A stretch of DNA of 63,994 bases, counting the filler, from Lenisia limosa (lineage: Eukaryota > Protista > Breviatea): assembly GCA_001655205.1 (NCBI GenBank). It is 12 parts of 12 records of this genome, joined end to end, with 100 filler letters (N's around TTAATTAATTAA, not from the genome) between each part and the next. Parts side by side here need not be neighbours in the genome. Positions count along the whole stretch, not along the records: positions 60,110 to 62,078 come from LPNZ01009788.1; positions 62,179 to 63,994 come from LPNZ01005387.1; 10 more parts are not named here. One strand, given 5' to 3'. The notes under the pieces are model-generated. The model was not told the DNA's origin, ran no database searches, and saw only the letters and a list, made by a program, of their open reading frames with translations. Position numbers and translations under genes: made by a program. Positions 60,907 through 63,994 of the stretch are shown piece after piece; the stretch's first letter is position 1; each line of letters begins with the position of its first letter.

Positions 60907-61650
60907 ATGATAATGATGATGATGATGGTGGTAGAAAAATAAGCGGATCTTAATAATCCAAGTTTACTGCAAAANNNNNNNNNNNNNNNNNNNNNNNNNN
61001 NNNNNNNNNNNNNNNNNNNNNNNNNNNNNNNNNNNNNNNNNNNNNNNNNNNNNNNNNNNNNNNNNNNNNNNNNNNNNNNNCAGCCACTTCGAACTTGTCA
61101 TACTCTAGAAGAATCCCGACAAGGTATCCGAGTTCTGTGTATCTACAGGTATAATGTTGAGAGAAGCTCTACACAGATGCTATGTTGGAAAGAGAGAGAA
61201 GGGTTTTATGTACATACATATACATATATATATGATATGTATTAACAGATGTTATGTTGAAAAGATAGAAGCTTTTAACCCCATCCACTCAAAACCACCC
61301 CCAACCATAACTTCACCCCCCCTTTACACCAATGTTCTTCATCGAAATTGTCTTCGTTTTACTCAATTTTCATTGAATGTCCTTCGTTTTACCACCCACC
61401 CACCGCTTGAAGCCCGAGAGAATACGGGTGAATAAGGCGAATTCACCAACGCGAATTGCAGGACCCACAAGCTCACTAAAGAGTGTTATGAGAGACTGTA
61501 GGGAGTGGTGATGGGTTTTTTTTTATTTTTCTTTTCCTTTCCTTTCCTTTAATTTTATTTTTCTTTATTTTTGATTGAATGCAGTGCAGACAGTTCTTCA
61601 TGTCAGGCGAACAGCCAGCCTCCAAACTGTCATGGGCAACAACAAAGTCT
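60600..61650 (-). CDS. SPG11: Spatacsin C-terminal domain fragment (AP-5 partner)
   Basis: VVAHDSLEAGC, GEFALFTRILSGFKR|YTELGYLVGILLEYDKFEV and HYLSEHPDLQAEKQAMVFLRFDLQRENAQ match SPG11 (LAHHCF..C; EYGLVVRLLTGIGRYNEMTYIFDLL..FEVL; EKHNMIALCFSMCREIGE). Confidence 0.78.
60780..60935. repeat. (GAT/GGT)n microsatellite in SPG11 intron
   Basis: Long GATGATGGT array. Confidence 0.9.
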
Positions 61651-61664
61651 ACCCCCCAAAAAAA

Positions 61665-61720
61665 TAAAATAATAAAAAATAATAATAAAAAATAATAATA
61701 AAAAATAATAATAAAAAAAA
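61665..61720. repeat. (AATAATAAAAA)n simple repeat
   Basis: About four A-rich units. Confidence 0.8.
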
Positions 61721-62997
61721 GGATAGTATATAATATATTATCAGATGATATTTACACAATAAACAATATGATACTTACATATCAAATCTCATATGCATAT
61801 CACATAATATGTCAGATGATACGTATTATGTGTAGAATATGATTCATTCAAACAATTACCCCCCAACCAACAACAAAATTATTGTTATTCCCCCCCCTCG
61901 CTTACACAAAAACACCATCCTCCAACAATAATCCCAGATAACAAACATAAAATTAATTAAATCATTACATAAATATTATACCACCACCCACAATAATCCC
62001 AGATAATTAGTTAATTCATATCATACATATCATATGTAAATATTCTATCTGATATTATTAATACTACACTCCGCCCCCNNNNNNNNNNNNNNNNNNNNNN
62101 NNNNNNNNNNNNNNNNNNNNNNTTAATTAATTAANNNNNNNNNNNNNNNNNNNNNNNNNNNNNNNNNNNNNNNNNNNNATATATGATATATAAATCATAT
62201 ACTACTATATTACTACTATCGATATATGATGTATAGTAAAGATAAACAGTAAGTCTGGACCGACAATAACAAATTTCCTTCAGAAAAATCGGTCAAGACT
62301 TTTATAGAACTGCCAATATGATATCATATATGATACTACATAATACGTAATATGACTATTTCCATCATCAGATTAAAAACCCACAAAGGAAAGCTTGTCA
62401 TCATAAGCTCCACAGTTGGCAGTAAGTACTTGTGCGACTCCCTATGTTCGACTTGGACAATGGGCTGGCCTTGGCGATTTACGAGTAGATTGACTCTATT
62501 GGTGTAAACTTCTTTAGTGTAATGAATGATATCTGATATACTACATACTATATCATATATGAAACAAATACAATGGAGACTACGTTATGCCCATTGTTTT
62601 TCTAATCGCTTCGGCCTACCATGAAAGCCTCTAGTTTTGTGCACTTTTCATAAAATAATGTGATGATAGACTTGGAAAATATTGAAAGAAGCCTTAGTTT
62701 TATCAAACCCTCAAAAAGTATACTTTGGTTAAGGCCAAGCTCCGTCACTTATATTTCTTTTTTTTTGGTGTTATGGTTATTTTGTTTTTTTTAAAAAACA
62801 AACAAGGTGAAAGAGGGTAGTAGTGGCCCAAAAAATTAAGGCAGGTGCAGTTAGGGGGGTTGTAAAAGTAGTATGGCGTCGTTGCTGAATGTAATTAAAC
62901 TGATTAGGCTCAATAACAATAAAACAGCTTCAAAAAAGAATTAAATGTTTATTTTAACACTATTAACAATAACAAAATAATTGGGGCCCGCACTGGG

Positions 62998-63890
62998 TCA
63001 GTAAAATGAGTATGGTGATAGTGATGAGGACACGTCAACATACCTCAACGGGATAAGGGTAGCTCGGATGATATGCCAAGTTGGGTAAATGCCTGTGTTG
63101 GAGTGGCGGGTGATAGTAGCTCTATCACTCCCAGGCAGTACCATGGCAAACTCCACTCCCTCTACTCTCAGGTGGTGATGGTGACCTGTGTTGCCATACA
63201 CAGCCAGTGAGATGCATCGAAAGAACGAGTCGCCGTCCGGGTGAACATTGAGCAGACTCAGTCCATTCCTGCTAATATGGACGTCCTCAATGCCAAAGGG
63301 ATGAACACCCGTACCTGGTTCCTCTCCCAGTGCGGTTGACCGGGTCTTCAAGAAGACAACGTCATCATGAGAGCGGGAGCGTGCCTATAACGGTAACATA
63401 TGATATATATAATGAAAACACACAATGCAGCTTACGTTTTCCATGTGACCATAGGCTTGATTTTGGAAATTTTCGATGATCTGAAATATAAAAAAATGTA
63501 ACTACAACTAACAGATGTGCTCTTCCCAACAATCTTCCATTTGGAATTGAGGTGATTCTTCCTGAGAAAGGTAATTGTTTTAAAATACCCACTTTTTAAA
63601 GTGCCTGGGGAGTTTCCCTGCCTTCATCTTAGATTCACACTGGGGACAAACCACATGGGCACATGTGACCTTTCCACTTTCAAGTGCGAATGTCATAAGG
63701 AGGTAATTTTTATCTAAATACTGTGAGTGGTAAAAAGTGGAGCAAACCAGTACTTTCCAAGACAAAGCTCTCCTTCAGATGCTGTCTGAAGTAGTCTGGG
63801 TCATGCGATAGGGCACTACAGCAGCTATCCTTGCATACCCAAACTGCTTTTGGTAGTAGGCCCAGTTTGTTTAGCAGAACACTGGAACCA
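62998..63890 (-). CDS. Zinc-finger + OTU-like domain protein with catalytic Cys replaced by Ser, multi-exon, partial
   Basis: Spliced CPQCESKMKAGKLPRHFKKKNH (C2H2-like), then GLSLLNVHPDGDSFFRCISLAVYGNTGHHHHLRVEGVEF (OTU consensus DGNCLFR..YG..H..LR). Confidence 0.65.
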
Positions 63891-63994
63891 TTAAGTTGAT
63901 AGAACAATAAAGAAAACATTTTTTACGCAAGTCCATCTCATTGAAAATAAATTTGTATTTAATAAGCTAAACCCGTTTACGGATGGGTGGGGGG

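Noticed and set aside
20090-61650. Apparent lysosomal gene cluster (RNASET2, FLCN, PQLC2-like, SPG11)
   Set aside because: The genes lie on different scaffolds joined artificially; only RNASET2/FLCN are truly linked.

Overview
This window is not continuous chromosome. It is 12 short draft scaffolds of an intron-rich, AT-rich microbial eukaryote (standard code; lineage not determinable, amoebozoan-like is only a guess), joined by eleven artificial 100-bp spacers (44N-TTAATTAATTAA-44N). Many internal N gaps sit beside G/C homopolymers. Manual exon stitching identifies, many only as partial genes: an SLC19 folate/thiamine carrier, RAE1, RNase T2, folliculin, NSUN5, a SERBP1/Stm1-family protein, ethanolamine kinase, a PQ-loop transporter (SLC66A1/PQLC2-like), CNOT1, spatacsin (SPG11) and an ankyrin protein. 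Less ordinary genes are a large PSI/TSP3-like surface protein, a Sushi+RCC1 protein, a spliced pogo-like DDE transposase gene, an AT-hook protein with a large TPESSH repeat array, and a zinc-finger + Cys-to-Ser OTU-like protein. Introns hold at least four small dispersed repeat families: a hAT-type MITE with 8-bp TSDs and a TATCGATA core, a Tc1/pogo-type MITE with TA TSDs, and two families without terminal inverted repeats. Other notable patterns are a decayed multi-exon antisense gene nested in one RAE1 intron, recurrent 20-40 bp tandem duplications at splice junctions, G-tract donors with C-tract acceptors, and 31-36 nt introns. I found no rRNA, tRNA or CRISPR array. All protein calls come from motif recognition by eye, with no database search. 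Exon boundaries and most coordinates are approximate.
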